Assembly: GCA_028534125.1 (NCBI GenBank)
Contig: CM052816.1
Span: 91,390,001 to 91,454,000, forward strand
Source of the DNA: Lama glama
Lineage: Eukaryota
Direction: 5' to 3'
DNA length: 64,000 nt
Shown: piece after piece, positions 26,371 through 40,419 of the stretch
How the letters are laid out: every line of letters begins with the position of its first letter
Numbering within the stretch: the first letter of the stretch is position 1
The notes under the pieces: model-generated
Seen by the model: the letters and a program-made list of their open reading frames with translations, nothing else
Database searches by the model: none
Told to the model about the DNA's origin: nothing
Program-made: the position numbers and the translations under genes

Positions 26371-29300
26371 AAAAAAAAATTGAAATGTAGTAAATTTATA
26401 ATATTATATTAGTTTCAGGTGTATAACATAGTGATTCAAAGTTTTTAAAGCTTATACTCCACTTAAAGTTATTACAAAACAATGGTCATATTTCCCTGTG
26501 CAACACAATATATCCTTGTTGCTTATCTATTTTATACATAATAGTTTGTATCTCTTAACCTTATCTTGCTCCTCCCCCTTCCCCTCTCCCCACTGGTAAC
26601 CATTAGTTTGTTCTTTATATCTGTGAGTCTGTTTCTTTTTTGTTGTATTCACTCGTTTTATTTTTTAGATTTTACACATAAGTGATAACATACAGTATTT
26701 GTCTTTCTCTGTCTGACTTATTTCACTTAGCATAATATACTCCAGGTCCATCCATGTTAGTGCATATGGCAAAATTTCGTTCTTATTTATGGCTGAGTAG
26801 TACTCCACTGTGTATGTGTATACCACATCTTCTAAAGATTATGCATTCATCTGTTGATGGACACAGGTTGCTTCATGTCTTGGCTAATGTAAATGATGCT
26901 ATTGTGAACATTGGATGTATATATCTTTTTGAACTAGTATTTTTGTTTTCTTCAGATATATACCCAGTTGTGGAATTGCTGGATCATATGGTAGTTCTGT
27001 TTTTAGTTTTTTGAGGACCCTCCGGACTGTTCTTCTTAGTGGCTACCCCAATTTGCATTCCCCCCAGCAGTGCACTACTCCCCATCCTCACTAGTGCATG
27101 TTATTTGCAGATGTTTTGATGATAGCCATTCCAATGGTGTTAGGTGATAACCTCATTCTAGCTTTGATTCGCATTTCACTGATGATTAATGATGTTGAGC
27201 ATTTTTTCATGTGCTTGTCATCCATCTGTATGTCTTCTTTGGAAATATATCTATTCAGATCTTCTACCCATTTTTTGATAAGGTTATTTGTTTTTTTGAT
27301 ATTGAGTTTTATGAGCTCTTTATGTATTTTGAGTATTAACCCCTTATCAGTTATATCATTTGCAAATATTTTTTCCCATCCAGTAGGTTGTCTTTTCATA
27401 TTGTCGATAGTTTCCTTTGCTGTGCAAAAGCTTTTAAGTTAATTAGGTTCCATTTGTTTATTTTTGCTTTTATTTCTTTTGCCTTAGGAGACAGATCCAA
27501 AAAATATTGCTATGATTTATGTCAAAGCATGTTCTTTCTATGTTCTCTTCTGGAAATTTTATGGTTTCCAGTCTTACGTTTAGGTCTTTCATCCACTTTG
27601 GGTTTATTTTTGTATATAGTGTGAAGAATTGCTCTAATCTCATTCTTTTATATGTAGCTGTCCAGTTTTCCTACCACCACTTATTGAAGAGACTGTCTTT
27701 TCCTCATTGTGTATTCTTGCCTTCTTTGTCATAGATTAATTGACATAGGTACATAGGTTTATTTCTGGACTCTCTATTCGGGTCCACTGATCTATGTGTC
27801 TGTTTTTGTGCCAGTACCATGCTGTTTTGATTACTGTAGCTTTGTAGTGTAGTCTGAAGTCAGGGAGCATAATACCTGTGGCTTTGTTCTTCTTTCTCAA
27901 GATTGCTTTAGCAATTCAGGGTCTTTTGTGGTTCTAGATAACTTTTAGCATTATTTATTCTAATTCTTTGAAAAATGTCATGGGTATTTTGATAGGAGTT
28001 GCATTATATCTGTAGGTTGCTTTGCATTATATCTGTAGGTTGTATGGACATTTTAACAATATTAATTCTTCCAATCCAAGAACACAGTGTACCTTTTCAT
28101 TTATTTGTATCAGATTCAAATTCCTTCATCAATGTTTTATAGTTTTCAGAGTATATATCTTTCATTTCCATGGTTAAGTTTATTGTAGGTATTTTTTTTC
28201 TTTTTGGTGAGAATTTTAAATGTGATAATTTTCTTGCTTTCTCTTTTTGATAGTTCATTATTAGTGTATAGAAAAGCAATAGACTTCTGTATATTAATCA
28301 TTTATCCTGAAACTTTACTGAATTCATTTATTAGTTCTAAAATTTTTTGGGTGGAGAGAGACTAGGGTTTTCTATATAAAATATTATGTCAGATATAAAT
28401 AGTGGCAGTGTTATTTTTCCCTTCCAATTTGGATAACTTTTATTCTTTTTCTTGTCTGATGGCTGTAGGTGGGATTTCAAATACCAACTTAAATAGACGT
28501 GATGAGAGAGAGTGAAGATCACGTCTTATTCCTGATTTTAGAGGCGACATTTCAGTATTTCGCCATCAAGAATGATGCTAGCTGTGGGCTTGTCATAAAT
28601 GGCCTTTATTATGTTGAGGCATGTTCCCTCTATACTAACTTCAGTGAGACTGTTTATCAATGGATGTTGAAGTTTGTCAAATGCTTCTTCTGTATCAGTT
28701 GAGATAATCATATGATATTTACTTTTCTTTTCACTAATGTGATGTATTCCATTGATTTATTTGTGAATATTGAACTGTCCTTGCATCCTTGGAATAAATC
28801 CCACTTCATCATGAATGTATGATCCTTTTTATATATTGCTGGATTCATTTTGCTCATGCTTTGCTGAGGATTTTTGTGTCTATATTCATCAGAGATATTG
28901 GCCTGTTATTTTCTTTCTTTTTTTTTTTTTTGTAATGTCTCTGGTTTTCATATCAAGGTACTGGTGGTCTTGTAGAATAAATTTTGGAGTGCTCCATCTT
29001 CTTCAATTTTTCAGAATATTTGAGGAAGATAAGATTAGCTCTTCTTTAAATATTTTGTAGAACTCCCCTGTGAAGCCATCCAGTCCTGGGTTTTTGGTTG
29101 CTGGGAGTTTTTTCATTACAAATTTAATTTCACTACTAATGATTAGTCTGTTCAGATTGTCTATTTCTTTCTGATTCAGTCTTGGTAGGTTTTTGTTTCT
29201 AGAAATTTGAACATTTCTTCTAGGTTGTCCAATTTTTTAGCATATAACTGTTCATAGTATTCTCATGATTTTTAAAATATCTGTGGTATCAGTTATTATT

Positions 29301-29540
29301 TCTCCACTTTCTCTTCTTATTTTGTTTATTTAAGTCTTCTCTCCTTTCTTCTTGATAAACCTAGCTAAAGGTTTATCAACTTTGTTTATGTTTTTGAAAA
29401 ACAAGCTCTTGGTTTCATTGATCTTTATTGTTTCCTCCCTTCAGCTGACTTTGGACTTTGTTTGTTCTTCTTTTTCGATTTCCTTTGGATGGCAGGTTAG
29501 ATTGTTTATTTGAGATTTTTCTTGTTTCTTAAGGAAGGCC
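26371..29540 (-). mobile_element. 5'-truncated LINE-1 (~3.2 kb; 3' UTR plus ORF2 RT/C-terminal part) inserted in a MIR
   Basis: ORF2 remnants ([29 protein letters not shown]..., INLTMEMKDIYSENYKTLMKE). Laurasiatherian-type 3' UTR at 26371-26760. Degenerate TSD ttccaagtgctttt (26356-26369) / ttctaaatgcttct (29541-29554). Confidence 0.93.
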
Positions 29541-30159
29541 TTCTAAATGCTTCTGTTAACCTCTAATATTCTCTATTTCAAAAAAAATCTATTTCATAGT
29601 ATACTGTTATATTGTATTATATTGTATTATATTGTGCATTCTTATATGAACATGCTGCTCTTCACCCACAACTAGCGGCCCACATATAAGTAGTGGAAAA
29701 ATGCAATCTCTGGGCTGGGATGGAGAGATTTCTTCATTACACCTGATCTCCTTTGAGTCCAGTGACACAGTTTAATGATCCCTTTGTGCAAAACAGTCTT
29801 AACAAGTACAGAAACTGGCTTACGTGATCTTGGTCTCAGTGTCCTAAGCAATATTTTTTGTCTTATGATTTTTGTCTTCTGAAAGGGGGCCTTTATACTA
29901 GCTTATACTATAAAATTTTATAAATTAATAAAAATATACAAATATGCTTTGCATAGATTTTTAGAGATCTGGGAAGAAAACATGTTTCTCAAATGAAACT
30001 TCACTGATATATTAGCCAATGGTTCTGGAAAGAAAAGTGGCAGTGGATATATTTGCCTGTTGTGCAAAACAAGCCTGGGCCTGCCTCCTCCCAGGGCTCA
30101 GCCTGTGAATTTCTGGAAACTCTGTCTTCGTTTCAGTTTATAGCTGAATGCGGTTCATC

Positions 30160-30370
30160 GAGCGCTTCTGTTCCAGGGAAACTGTTAAGTGTTTTAGGGA
30201 GATTCATCTCTTGTGATGCTCACAGCAATCCTATGAGGTGAGTATTACTATTCTGCTGTTGTAAAGGAGGAAACTGAGGCTCTGAAGACTCAAGCAGATT
30301 TCCAAGGTTATGTAGGAAATAGCAGAACTAGGACTGTCACTAAGGCTGGACCACACTGAGGCTTGTGATG
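30160..30370 (-). mobile_element. MIR SINE
   Basis: ctcacagcaatcctatgaggtgagtattactatt...gaggaaactgaggctctga...tccaaggt. Confidence 0.7.
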
Positions 30371-30455
30371 TTAACAACACATCATCAACACCAGACGGAG
30401 GACACAAGTATGAGTCATAAACACACATGTGCACACACACATGTTTACATGTGCG

Positions 30456-30936
30456 TGTTGACTGAAGAAAAATGCACGACCTAAGAGTTGCCAGTTAAGT
30501 TTTATTTGGGGACCTAACTGAGAACTATAGCCTGGAAGACAGTCTCTCAGACAGCTCTGATCAATAGTTCCAAAGAGATAAGGGAGGAGCCAGGATATAT
30601 AGGAGTTCTTACCGAAAAAAAAAAAAAAACCCAAAAAACCTGTAGTTGAACATCAAAAGATTATTGTTAATCACAAAAAAATAGACATCTCCAGTTAACG
30701 ATTTTAGTGCTTTTCTATATATGGGAAGATGCAAGAGCCTGGGCTCATTGAAATTATTTCTTAGATATGATCTTAACTACCTAGGGCCAGTATCCAGAAT
30801 ACAGAATGTTTCCTGTTTTTCTCCATTCTGAAATCCCCTCAGGGCACACTGTCAGGGGCCACTGCGGTGGCTGATGGCCTGATGGTGGGCAACATACTTT
30901 GTTTACTGGAAGGGCCGGCAATATTCCCCATTTATA
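30456..30936 (-). mobile_element. ERV1 solo LTR (MER34-like), inserted in a CA/TG-rich tract
   Basis: TG start on + (CA end on -) and - strand AATAAA (ttttatttgggg, ~30500). ctgagaactatagcctggaagacagtctctcaga is shared with the LTRs at 36277 and 39911. Confidence 0.75.
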
Positions 30937-32734
30937 GGCCCACACGTGGATGCACACACACACACGACACAAATGCTCTCTCCATAAAGCTCTTTGTGCA
31001 GAGCTCTGCTCCTGTAGCTCCAGGAGAAACCCAGCCCAAAGCACACTTTTCTCATGTGCCCCCACTACCCAGAAATACACAGGCCTGGTTTTCCATTGGC
31101 TGCTCTCTGGGCCACCTCAGCTGGCCTCCATGCTGGATGCTGTGGCCCTCCCTGAATCTCGTGCTCTGCAGCTTCCTCTTCACCCTGCCTTGCTTGCTCC
31201 AGGCCACTGGAGCTTTTAGAATTGAATAGATCTGACCTGTGTCCCTCCTTTTCTTCATCTGTTTGTCCTGCCTGGGGACAGTCCTGCCACCATTAAGTCC
31301 CCTTTCTCTTCCCCAACAGATGTTAAGACGAGACCTTCTAAGTTCTGTATCCACCACTGCGACCCTATGCCTGCCCTCCTTCTCCATCTCTTAGCCCTAA
31401 CATGCCCAGATTTAGGCTTTATTTCTTTTATCTGGGAGCACATTTAATATTGTTGTAGCTGTTTCATAATTTATTAATTATTTGGGGTTACAGTTGCCTT
31501 AGTTCACTGTTTGTGAAGCATGCTTCGTTGCAGTCATGCATTCTCCTACTTTCAATTACGAAACTTTTGTCAAAGAAGTTTGTTGAAAAATAAATTATCC
31601 TTTAAGAGGGCTATAACCTCCTAAAATACGGTAATGCGGTAATCTAATTTCCAAAAAAATCAATAGTGCTGCCCTCAAGCCCTTCTCTGTTCTCCAAACT
31701 ACTTAATTTATTTTTTTTTCCACTCTAAGCATCTCTTGGGGGAGGGAAAATTCTAGAAAAGTTGCCTTCACATCTTCTATCAGATAAATCCTGTTCATAA
31801 ATAAAGTGGCTTAAAAGCTAGTTCAGCTGTCACGTGGATAATTTCATATTCATTCCTTCTGTAATGGTCATTATTTTGGAATTTTTTCAGGATAGACAGA
31901 GATTTTATCAGAAGTAGTACAGGAACAGCTTCATAAAACACCTGACCTGCAGCCAGCACCCCAGCTGGGGTCCCACCCCAGCCACCTTTGACATTATGGG
32001 TCCTGGGGCAGGTGGCTTATGCCACTATCATAGGTAGTGGGCTGGCTGTGTTGGACTGGTGAGAAGGAATTAAGAGTGAACAGTACATGAACCCATAGCA
32101 GTGAGAAGATGACCCAAGCTGAGAAAGGGAGAGGTTTCAGGGCGAGTTCAGAGGCATCATACAGAGTAACAGGATCACTGGACCAGTGCCAGTGGTCAGA
32201 TTGATTTCCTGCCAGCCAGCGTGGTGGCCTTGCCCAGAAGTTTACTTCCCTACTTGAGCCATTCTTCTCTCTTCCTTAAACTAAAAGGCCCCTGAAGAGC
32301 TTTCTGCCTCCTTCCAAATGTGTTATGAGGACAGATTCTCAGTTGTGTACGTTCAGATCTGGAATGGGCTGAATCCTCTCCTCAGTAGACACATTTTTCA
32401 TCCATGCCCATCAGATTGTTTTTGGTTTTCTTTCTTATCTAAAGAGCTCTCCCTTCTCCAGAACAACACAATCATTTAGTTTGTAGTGTAGATTCCCCTC
32501 TCTGAGGCCTCAAGTTCACCTAATCCAGAAACTGTTTAGTATCAGAATATTAGAATCAGCCTAACCTTTTTGAATAGCTTTCTTCCAGTTCCTAATCAAA
32601 AACGGAAAAAGCCAACTTTTTTTTTGTAATCTGGGTGATTCCAGTGAATTGAGATGTGGTGCGAGATGGCCACACAGCATTATGATTTTATAGTGACCTT
32701 GGCTGTGGCCTTGGGTGAGGGTAGCTCAGTCTGT

Positions 32735-32820
32735 CTGTCCATCTATCTATTCATCCATTTATCCATCCATCCATTTATCTACCTATCATCCATCCATCCA
32801 TCCATCCATCCATCCACTCA
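32735..32820. repeat. (CCAT)n/(CTAT)n microsatellite
   Basis: Directly visible. Confidence 0.9.
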
Positions 32821-33346
32821 TCTCTCAATCTTTCCTCCCTCAGTCCTTCCTTCCTTGCATCCGTCTGTTTCTATCTATTCCAAGTTATAAAAAAATCTTT
32901 CATTAAGCAACATGCTTTCCCTTCCTTCATCAGCGCTTCATTGAATCATCTATCATTAATTTAAAATATGAGCATGCTTAATGTATACACACAGCTTACT
33001 ATGTGCAGAATCACAAAGAATCAGGCACCTTGAACACATCAGCACATTAGTCACCGCCTGACATTGTCCTCCCTGCACTGTTTCTCGTGCATTTTCTGGC
33101 TGAGTCACCATGTAATGCAGTTTGCTGGCTGATGAGATGACCCATGACACACTCTGGACATGACTGCTGTTAGGTTTCCCAGGAAACTAAGTGCAGTGAT
33201 CTTGGAAAGAATCGGGCTTTTTCCCCCTCATTTCTTTTTAAAGAGAAGTATGCTTCAAGTTCAGAAGAGAGGACAGCGAAGACACCCACAATCCGAACAC
33301 AGCATCTATTTTAGTCTTAAGAATGATAGACTAGACTAGACTAGAC

Positions 33347-33561
33347 TAGGGTTTCTCAGCCTTGGCACTGTCGACATTTGGGGTAATTTTTGTTGCAGGG
33401 CTGACTTGCACATTGCAGGATGTTTACCCGCATCACTGGCTTCTGCCCTCTGGATACTAGGAGCACCATCTCCAGTAATGACAACCAAAAATATCTCCAA
33501 ATTCTGTCAAAGGACCCCTGGGGAGTGGGTGTGGCAAAATTATCCTTGGTTGAGAACCACC
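33347..33561. mobile_element. MER20 (hAT-Charlie) DNA transposon, preceded by (CTAGA)n
   Basis: gggtttctcagccttggcactgtcgacatttgggg...gcacattgcaggatgttta...gacaaccaaaaatatctcca...tggttgagaaccac. Confidence 0.85.
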
Positions 33562-36276
33562 AGACTAGAACTAGAAAGCTAAAGTGACTTTGGGATCCTT
33601 TTATGCTGTCAAAACAAATCACTCCCATAAAGAGATGAAGCAAAACTAAGTCTCCTTCACCGACCCAGTGTGAGTTCTGATGCGGTGCCAAGCTTGATGC
33701 CAGGTAACAAAGACTCATGCAGACATCAATAAGGTACCGCCCCTGCCTGCTGAGAGCTCCCGGTGAGGTCGGGGAAGCGGCCGTGTAAACAGATGATCAT
33801 ATATCAGAGGGACTTTCGGGGAAAGAATTAGTCATATTGCTGGATGTTCTGTATCTAGCAGCCTGTTCACCACACTTCTCGCTTCTCAAATAGTTCCTCA
33901 GGGGTTCTGCAGACACAGCCTTATTTTAAATCGGGCCCCACAGAAGCATCCCTTGTTCATTTTCCTGCCGTGGAGCCTTGTTCATGTTGCTCCTGCCTGG
34001 AAGGTCTTATCCCGGACTTTTACTCTCTAAATTTTCCCTACTGCTCATAGGCAGGCCAGTCTCCTCCAGGAAGCCATTCTGGATTGCTTTAGTCTGCACT
34101 GACATCTGTCCACCAAACACCAGTTATGAAACTCACGGTCTCTTCTGCACGGCTTGTGACTTAATCACATGCTGTATTATTTGACTCCCCTCTGTTTCCC
34201 ATGCATTGGTCTCATCACTCAAGTAGATTATGGGCTATTTGAGGTGGAAACCAGATTTTACACTGGAATTAATAACTGGAGGTAAATTATAAATTCATAA
34301 CTAGAATTAAAATATATTGGAATTAATGGGATAAGAAGTCATTATTTGACTGCTGCTAGTTTGCAAAGCCAGGATGTGGGAATTGAACTCATATCTATTA
34401 GAAGAAGTGAGTGAAGGATAAAATGAAATTAAAGCAGAACCCAAAGCCAACAATTGAGAGCTGCTTGGCCTTCTGTCTGGCATATTCTTTTCTGCCTAAT
34501 GAACTTCTACAGCTTCTTCAAAACCCCAGAGCACATGCCCTCCTCCTTCTGCTTGCTGTGCCTCCCGATTACGTGTTGTATCTCTGTTCTGCGCTGTGAG
34601 AGTGCTGTGCGCACAGATATGATTGATGGGGCATCCTTTGCAGTCACTTGTCATGTGTCGTTTCCTCACTGGACCCTTGGGTGTGACGCTATGTCTCACG
34701 GTAGTGCTCCGTCCTGCACTTCTGCCTGGCCTGGCAAATGGTAGGTTGTCAATTAAAATGTGAACAAATGACCTTAAGTTTTTAAGTTTAAGCAAAAGGA
34801 TGCTCTCTTTAGTGAGGAAAAGCTTTTTCTTTATTTTTCCTCCAAAACCCTTATGATGGGAAAACTATGAGACAGTGAGGAAGTCCAGGAACTAGTGGGA
34901 AGTTATCCATTTGTTTGGGTTATTAATATATTGCTCAAAGTAAAGAATAAAATATGAGAAGATATCATAGCTATTCCCCCCCCCCACCGCCCCCTTTAAC
35001 TGGGGATTGATGAGTTGCCAAATCTCCCTTAAAAGATTTACAATTTCTTATGTCAGTGGAAAGGATTTCTTTGCACTCAAGCAAACTGTTGTGCTAACCG
35101 CAGCCGGATGTCAGCAAATGGGTCATGATTTGGGGTGTAACTGGGAGCTGGGAGGGGTAGCCGTCCTCAGACACACTGGTGATTGTTCTTCCAACAGATT
35201 TACTCTAGAAACATCTAGAAGCAGAGGGTCAGGATTTCCCTGTCTCAGAGAAGTTCTCAGTTGTGCCTTTGGAATAATAATTATGGCGAACCTGAGCACC
35301 GGCTACGTGCCCAGGCACTGTGGTATGTGTGGCAGGACCTGGCAGCATCCTTCCACATTTAGACCTGGTTCTTTCTTGTGATTATAGCCATTGCCTGATA
35401 GGATACAATTTAACTTCATAGCCGATCCTAGAAGCCCCTCATGAGCCGCTTCCACTACTTGCCAGCAATGACTGTACTCTCCAGTGACAATAAAAATCTC
35501 ACTAGTTCCCAAACATACCAGCTCCTCTGCACGTGCTTCTCTCAGCCTGCCCTTCCATCTCCCTGCCAAGTCTGCAGCAGACTCTTTCCACCGACTCAAC
35601 TCTTTACCTGTCCTTTTAAACTCTGCTCACCTGTCCTGGAAGCTTTTTGTGTTTCTTTTTTTCTTTGTGAGTGATCCCATGAGAATAGGAATTTTTCCTC
35701 AGTCTAGTGCCTTCCATAGGGCCTGGCACATCCCAGGGATCCAAAAAGTATATGCTGAACGAATACATTTATACACATCAGAAGTTCAAAGTTGGCAGAA
35801 TTCCGTGCACCTTCACATTGGCGGTGTCATCCTGCAGTGAGACTTCTGTAGCCCAAAACAGAGGCAAAGTCCAGCTTCACGTAGTAGACGCTGTGTGTTC
35901 AGTGCTCAGTTTGATGGGCTGCGTCCTCCCTGTTACTGATTCAGCAGCTTCATTGTCTTATAGCCACCGGTTCAGTCTCCAGAACCCATGTAAGGAAAGA
36001 GAGCTAGGTATGGGGGTGTCAGGACACAGCTGTTCTCAGACAACTCTTTCAGGTATCCTTTTACAGTGAAAAATACTTAAGTCCTTATGAGAAAAATAAC
36101 TGACTTGGCAGAAGGGCTTGTTCACAGCTCTCTGTTGGAACCAGCACATTAGCCCACCTCTTCACTGCCAAGGGAAAATCACTATGCAAAACTGCATAAA
36201 TCCACGGAAGATACAATCTGACTCGTGCTGTGGTCCATACCAAGGGTGCTCTTCTGACCAGCAGGAGAATATACAG

Positions 36277-36779
36277 TGTTTGGTCAAAAATAGTCAATAA
36301 ATAATCTAATATAGGAATAGAAAAGAGTTTTATTTGAGCCAAACTAAAGGACTATCGCCTGGAAGACAGCCTGTATAAAACTCTGAGAAACTGCTACAGA
36401 GAAGCGTGGCTTTCAGCACAGGTTTACATCTGGTCAGAACAAAGGATATGAAACAAGCCAGGGATATATTCTTTCAGTTTCAAGAAAAACAAATCAGCAT
36501 GAACACAGTGAGTCAGTAAGGTGCTGGCACCTGGGAGGGGACTCTGATCGTTGAAGGAGTACCAACATTGGCATCTCGGACAGAGAAGCATTTAACCTTT
36601 ATTTCTAACATAGACGTTCTTTACTTCTGGCCAATGCACAGTTTTCTTTAATAATTAAAGTAGTTACTCAATGTATGTTTGATTGTACACAAATAGGCTT
36701 TTTCAGTTAGCACGAAATTCATCTTAACTCACGTATAAGCCACAATGACTTCCCCATACCTCAACATGTGAATATGTCA
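36277..36779 (-). mobile_element. ERV1 solo LTR related to the provirus LTR
   Basis: agagttttatttgagccaaactaaaggactatcgcctggaagacagcc...ctctgagaaactgct parallels ataattttattcgagccaaactgaggattataaccagggaaacagattctcagaagatctgagaac (39949-40014). Confidence 0.75.
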
Positions 36780-38749
36780 AAGTTTTGTAAAGATAGTTGT
36801 TTTCTGTGAAAATTCGGTTCCAAAAACAAGGTTGAAAACAGTAACAGCCCACTGAGAGTTTTAACAAGCTCCTTTAGCAAAGGTAGCTTTCAACTCCTTA
36901 TGGAGAGAATGAGTAAATACCATTATGACCACCTAATAATTAATCAGAGATCCCCTGGGGAGCTTGTATTCAAACATCATTAATATTGAATATTGAGAAG
37001 GGTATTGAAACAAAAATGCGTTATATGCAGACATACACTTTTAATTCATATGGGGCAAAATCTAGTTACTGAGATTAACTGTATTAGACAGTTGACACAT
37101 GGGGGACAGTTCCATGATTTGATGTAATGAATAACACTTGCTTTTGTTTTAAGACAGAGAGGGAAAGGATAGTATAAACTCTGAAACACTGAAGAGCTAA
37201 AGTGTATTTTTATTTCAACTTTTGGACTGTTAAATCTGGACCAACAAGCCCTTGACAAGTGTGTAAATCTGTAACAGTCAGAACAATTGAATAAGTGATT
37301 ACATTGAGAGATGAGGTATGGATGGTTCTAAAAGAATTAGGGGAAAAAATGGAGGAATAACTATACGTCTTCTTACATGAGATCCAGACTCTTTGATATT
37401 CCTTATGTAGACACCATACCTTATTGTGGCTAAATTAATGCTTCCTTGTTAGTTCAGAAAGCTGTTGCTCCTGTTAATATTCAGTCATCTGAGAGATTTT
37501 TCTCAGTTAGGTGAAACCTTCCAACTAAGGATACTCATCCCCTGTAAGAAAGCTTCACATCTCCTTTGATCTACCATCTTCCTGTGGATCTGGAGAAAGC
37601 CAGATGGGATAGTCTTCAGGCTCAGCCTCCTATTTCCAAAGACTTGGCATCTGGATAAAGGAGAACTTTTGCTAAAAGGGTTTTTTGGAAAGCTCATCTC
37701 ATCTGCGTAATTAGTGTCCTGGTCCCTGGCTGTTCTGAGATGCTTCTCCTGTTTAGTATCCCTCACTTCTCCACGTCGGTGGCTCTGCTGGTCTTGCTTC
37801 TCATTTAGTAATGAAACATTCACTTTGGAATTTCCTCCCACCTTAGAATTGAATTTTCAAACTTTCCAGGCTTATCTGACCACTCTGGCCCAGCCCTGAA
37901 TTCTTGGTCCCTTTTCTGTCCCACGTGGGCTCAGGCTAGTTTAACCTTTGTCCTGATTCATTCACGATTTTATTCTCTTGGCCCTAAAGTTAAAAGGCAG
38001 CCTTGCCCTTTGTTGCATCCACGCTATTTGAGCCCAGTTGTCATGAGGAAATCTAGGAAGATTCTCAGTACTGAAGTCTTCTTAGAAGCTGTCTTCTCTG
38101 AGAGGTTTCTCTCCTACTTTATAATCCTAGGGCCCAGGCATACAGCTCTGGACAATCATATCAAGAACCCCCGAGGTGACCTTCGCCTCACCTGCTTGAT
38201 TTCTTCCTCTTGAACTATAAACCATACTGAGAACAGCTCCGTAGTCCTGGGACATGGCTTGTCAAACTCTTGGGATTTCCATGACTCTGGAAGAAATAAT
38301 TTATTGATGTTTTGTGTTCTGTACAATAACGTGAGCACACACACAACATTCCCCAGTACACATGGGACGCTGCCCAGCCAACTTTCTGCATTTCTCTTGG
38401 TCATGTGATCTAGTTCCAGTCATTTTAATTAAACCAAGCAATGATCTGTGGCCAAGACATTGTTCCTTGAAGAATATGCATTACCAATGGCCAAGGAGTG
38501 GTAGTAAAGATTGTCCCCCACAAGAAAATGTTCAGGGGGTTTTCTCCTGCCTAATTCTTACAGAAATTACAACTAAGAATTGAAGATATGTTTCTCATTT
38601 TTAGTCACTGTGAGTTAAAATTAGAGTGATAATATCCACTGATTGATGATCATTATAAATAAGTAGTTACTTTTTTGAAAATGTAAACAATGAGAAACAT
38701 TTGTTTTTCTGATACAATTTTTCTTCTGTTTTAACTTTAAAAATTAACT

Positions 38750-39910
38750 TTGAGGAGAATGGTTATCTGAAAAATACTGAGTTTTCTGGTTCATAAATGT
38801 CATTTATTTAGGTCTTCTTTAATTTCTGTTAGAAATGTTTTATAGATTACCCTTAAACATGTTTCATCCTAAGTAATTTCTGATTTATAGTGTTCTATGT
38901 AGTATTATTTTTATAATTTTATTTTCCAACTTTTTGCTGCTCATGTTTAAATACAATGTATCTTTGTTTATTGACCTTGTATTTTGAGGCTTTGCCACAT
39001 TGACTTTTAATTTAATTAGGTTTTCTTGTAGATTCTGTAGGATTTTCTACGTAAGTAATCATGTCATCTACAAATAGAGACAATTTTATACTTCTTCCTT
39101 TACAATTTGTATACCTTTTTTTCTTGCCTTATTGCATTGACTAGGACATCCAGTTCAATACCAAATAGAAGTAACAAGGGTGGTGTCTTTGTCTAGTACT
39201 TGATCCTTTTTTCCCACCATTAAATATGATTCTAGCTCTAAGTGTTTTGTAGATACCCTTATCAGGTTAAGAAGTGTTTTTTTTTTCTACTCCTAGTTTT
39301 CATTATGAATGAATATTTTTCACATAATTTCACCACATTTATTGAGAGAATCTTTTTATTTTTCAGTTTGTTGATATGGTCAATTACATTGATTGATATT
39401 TGAATATTATATCAAACTTGCAGTCCTGGGATGAATTCCCCTCACTCATGCTGCATTTTCCTTTTTATATATTGATGGATTTGGTTTGTTAATATTTGTA
39501 GAGGGTTTTTTTTTTTCAATCTATGCTCATAAGGAATATGGTATGGAATTTTTTTTTCTTGTAATGTTTTTGTCAGGTTTTGGTATCAAGTTTATGCAGA
39601 GCTCATAAAATGAGTTGGAAAACATTCCGTCCTCCTTTATTTTCTGGAAGAGTATATGTAAATTTGACATTATATTTTCTAAATGTTTGGTAAAATTCTC
39701 CAGTGAAACCATCTGGCCCTGGAGTTGCTTGTTCATTTGTTTGCAGAAGGTTTTTGATTAAAATGTCAATTTATTGTATATAGGGTTATTCATACCTTCT
39801 GTTTCTTCTTGAGTCAGTTTTTTAAAGTTATGTTTTTCAGAGAACTTGTTAATTTCATCTGTGTAATTGAATTAATTGGCTTAAAGTTGTTTATAATAGT
39901 CTCTTACTAC
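38750..39910 (-). mobile_element. Old L1 (L1M-type) ORF2 fragment, interrupted by the ERV
   Basis: ORF 39527-39736 (GQMVSLENFTKHL...LFQKIKEDGMFSNSFYELCINLIPKPDKNITRKKN) is L1 ORF2 RT region. The L1 resumes at ~45483-45560. Confidence 0.85.
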
Positions 39911-40406
39911 TCTTATCAAATAACAATCAAGCTAGGAAGAAAGAAAAGATAATTTTATTCGAGCCAAACTGAGGATTATAACCAGGGAAACAGATTCTCA
40001 GAAGATCTGAGAACTTCTCCACTGATCAGGAGTTAGAAATGCAGTTTTACATACTTTTGAGGCAAAGAGTTTATGTAACATATTGACAAGTTAGCATTGT
40101 GCACACAGTTCATCAATTTTTTTCAGTCAGTTATGCATGTACAGAACAAACCTTTGGTCAATGTGACCCCTTGTATGAGATTAAAAAGAAATATTAATAA
40201 TAGAGTTACAATGTTGGCATCTGAAGAAAGGGGCTGACTTTTCTCAAGGTTGTCATTCTGCTTTGAGGAGGTCTGGTTAACGTATAATATGGATACACAT
40301 TGCACGTTGGGAAAGACTTATCACAAGGGGGGCATGTCATTTGTTTTTTCTTTCTGTCTTAGTTGGATTGTTCTGCCATAGAAAATTGATGATATTTTCC
40401 TCATTA
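39911..40406 (-). repeat. ERV 3' LTR (~495 bp, MER34-like ERV1 type)
   Basis: Starts immediately after the PPT and carries AATAAA on the - strand (39954-39959) in the context GTTTGGCTCGAATAAA. Homologous to 45221-45482 and partly to the solo LTRs at 30456 and 36277. Confidence 0.85.
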
Positions 40407-40419
40407 TCTTCCCCCTTTT
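40407..40419 (-). promoter_or_regulatory. Retroviral polypurine tract (PPT)
   Basis: - strand AAAAGGGGGAAGA directly abutting the 3' LTR start. Confidence 0.85.

Noticed and set aside
30781..31443. Cluster of 60-120 aa ORFs
   Set aside because: Overlaps an LTR end and a GC-richer tract; lengths are consistent with chance and there is no recognisable homology.
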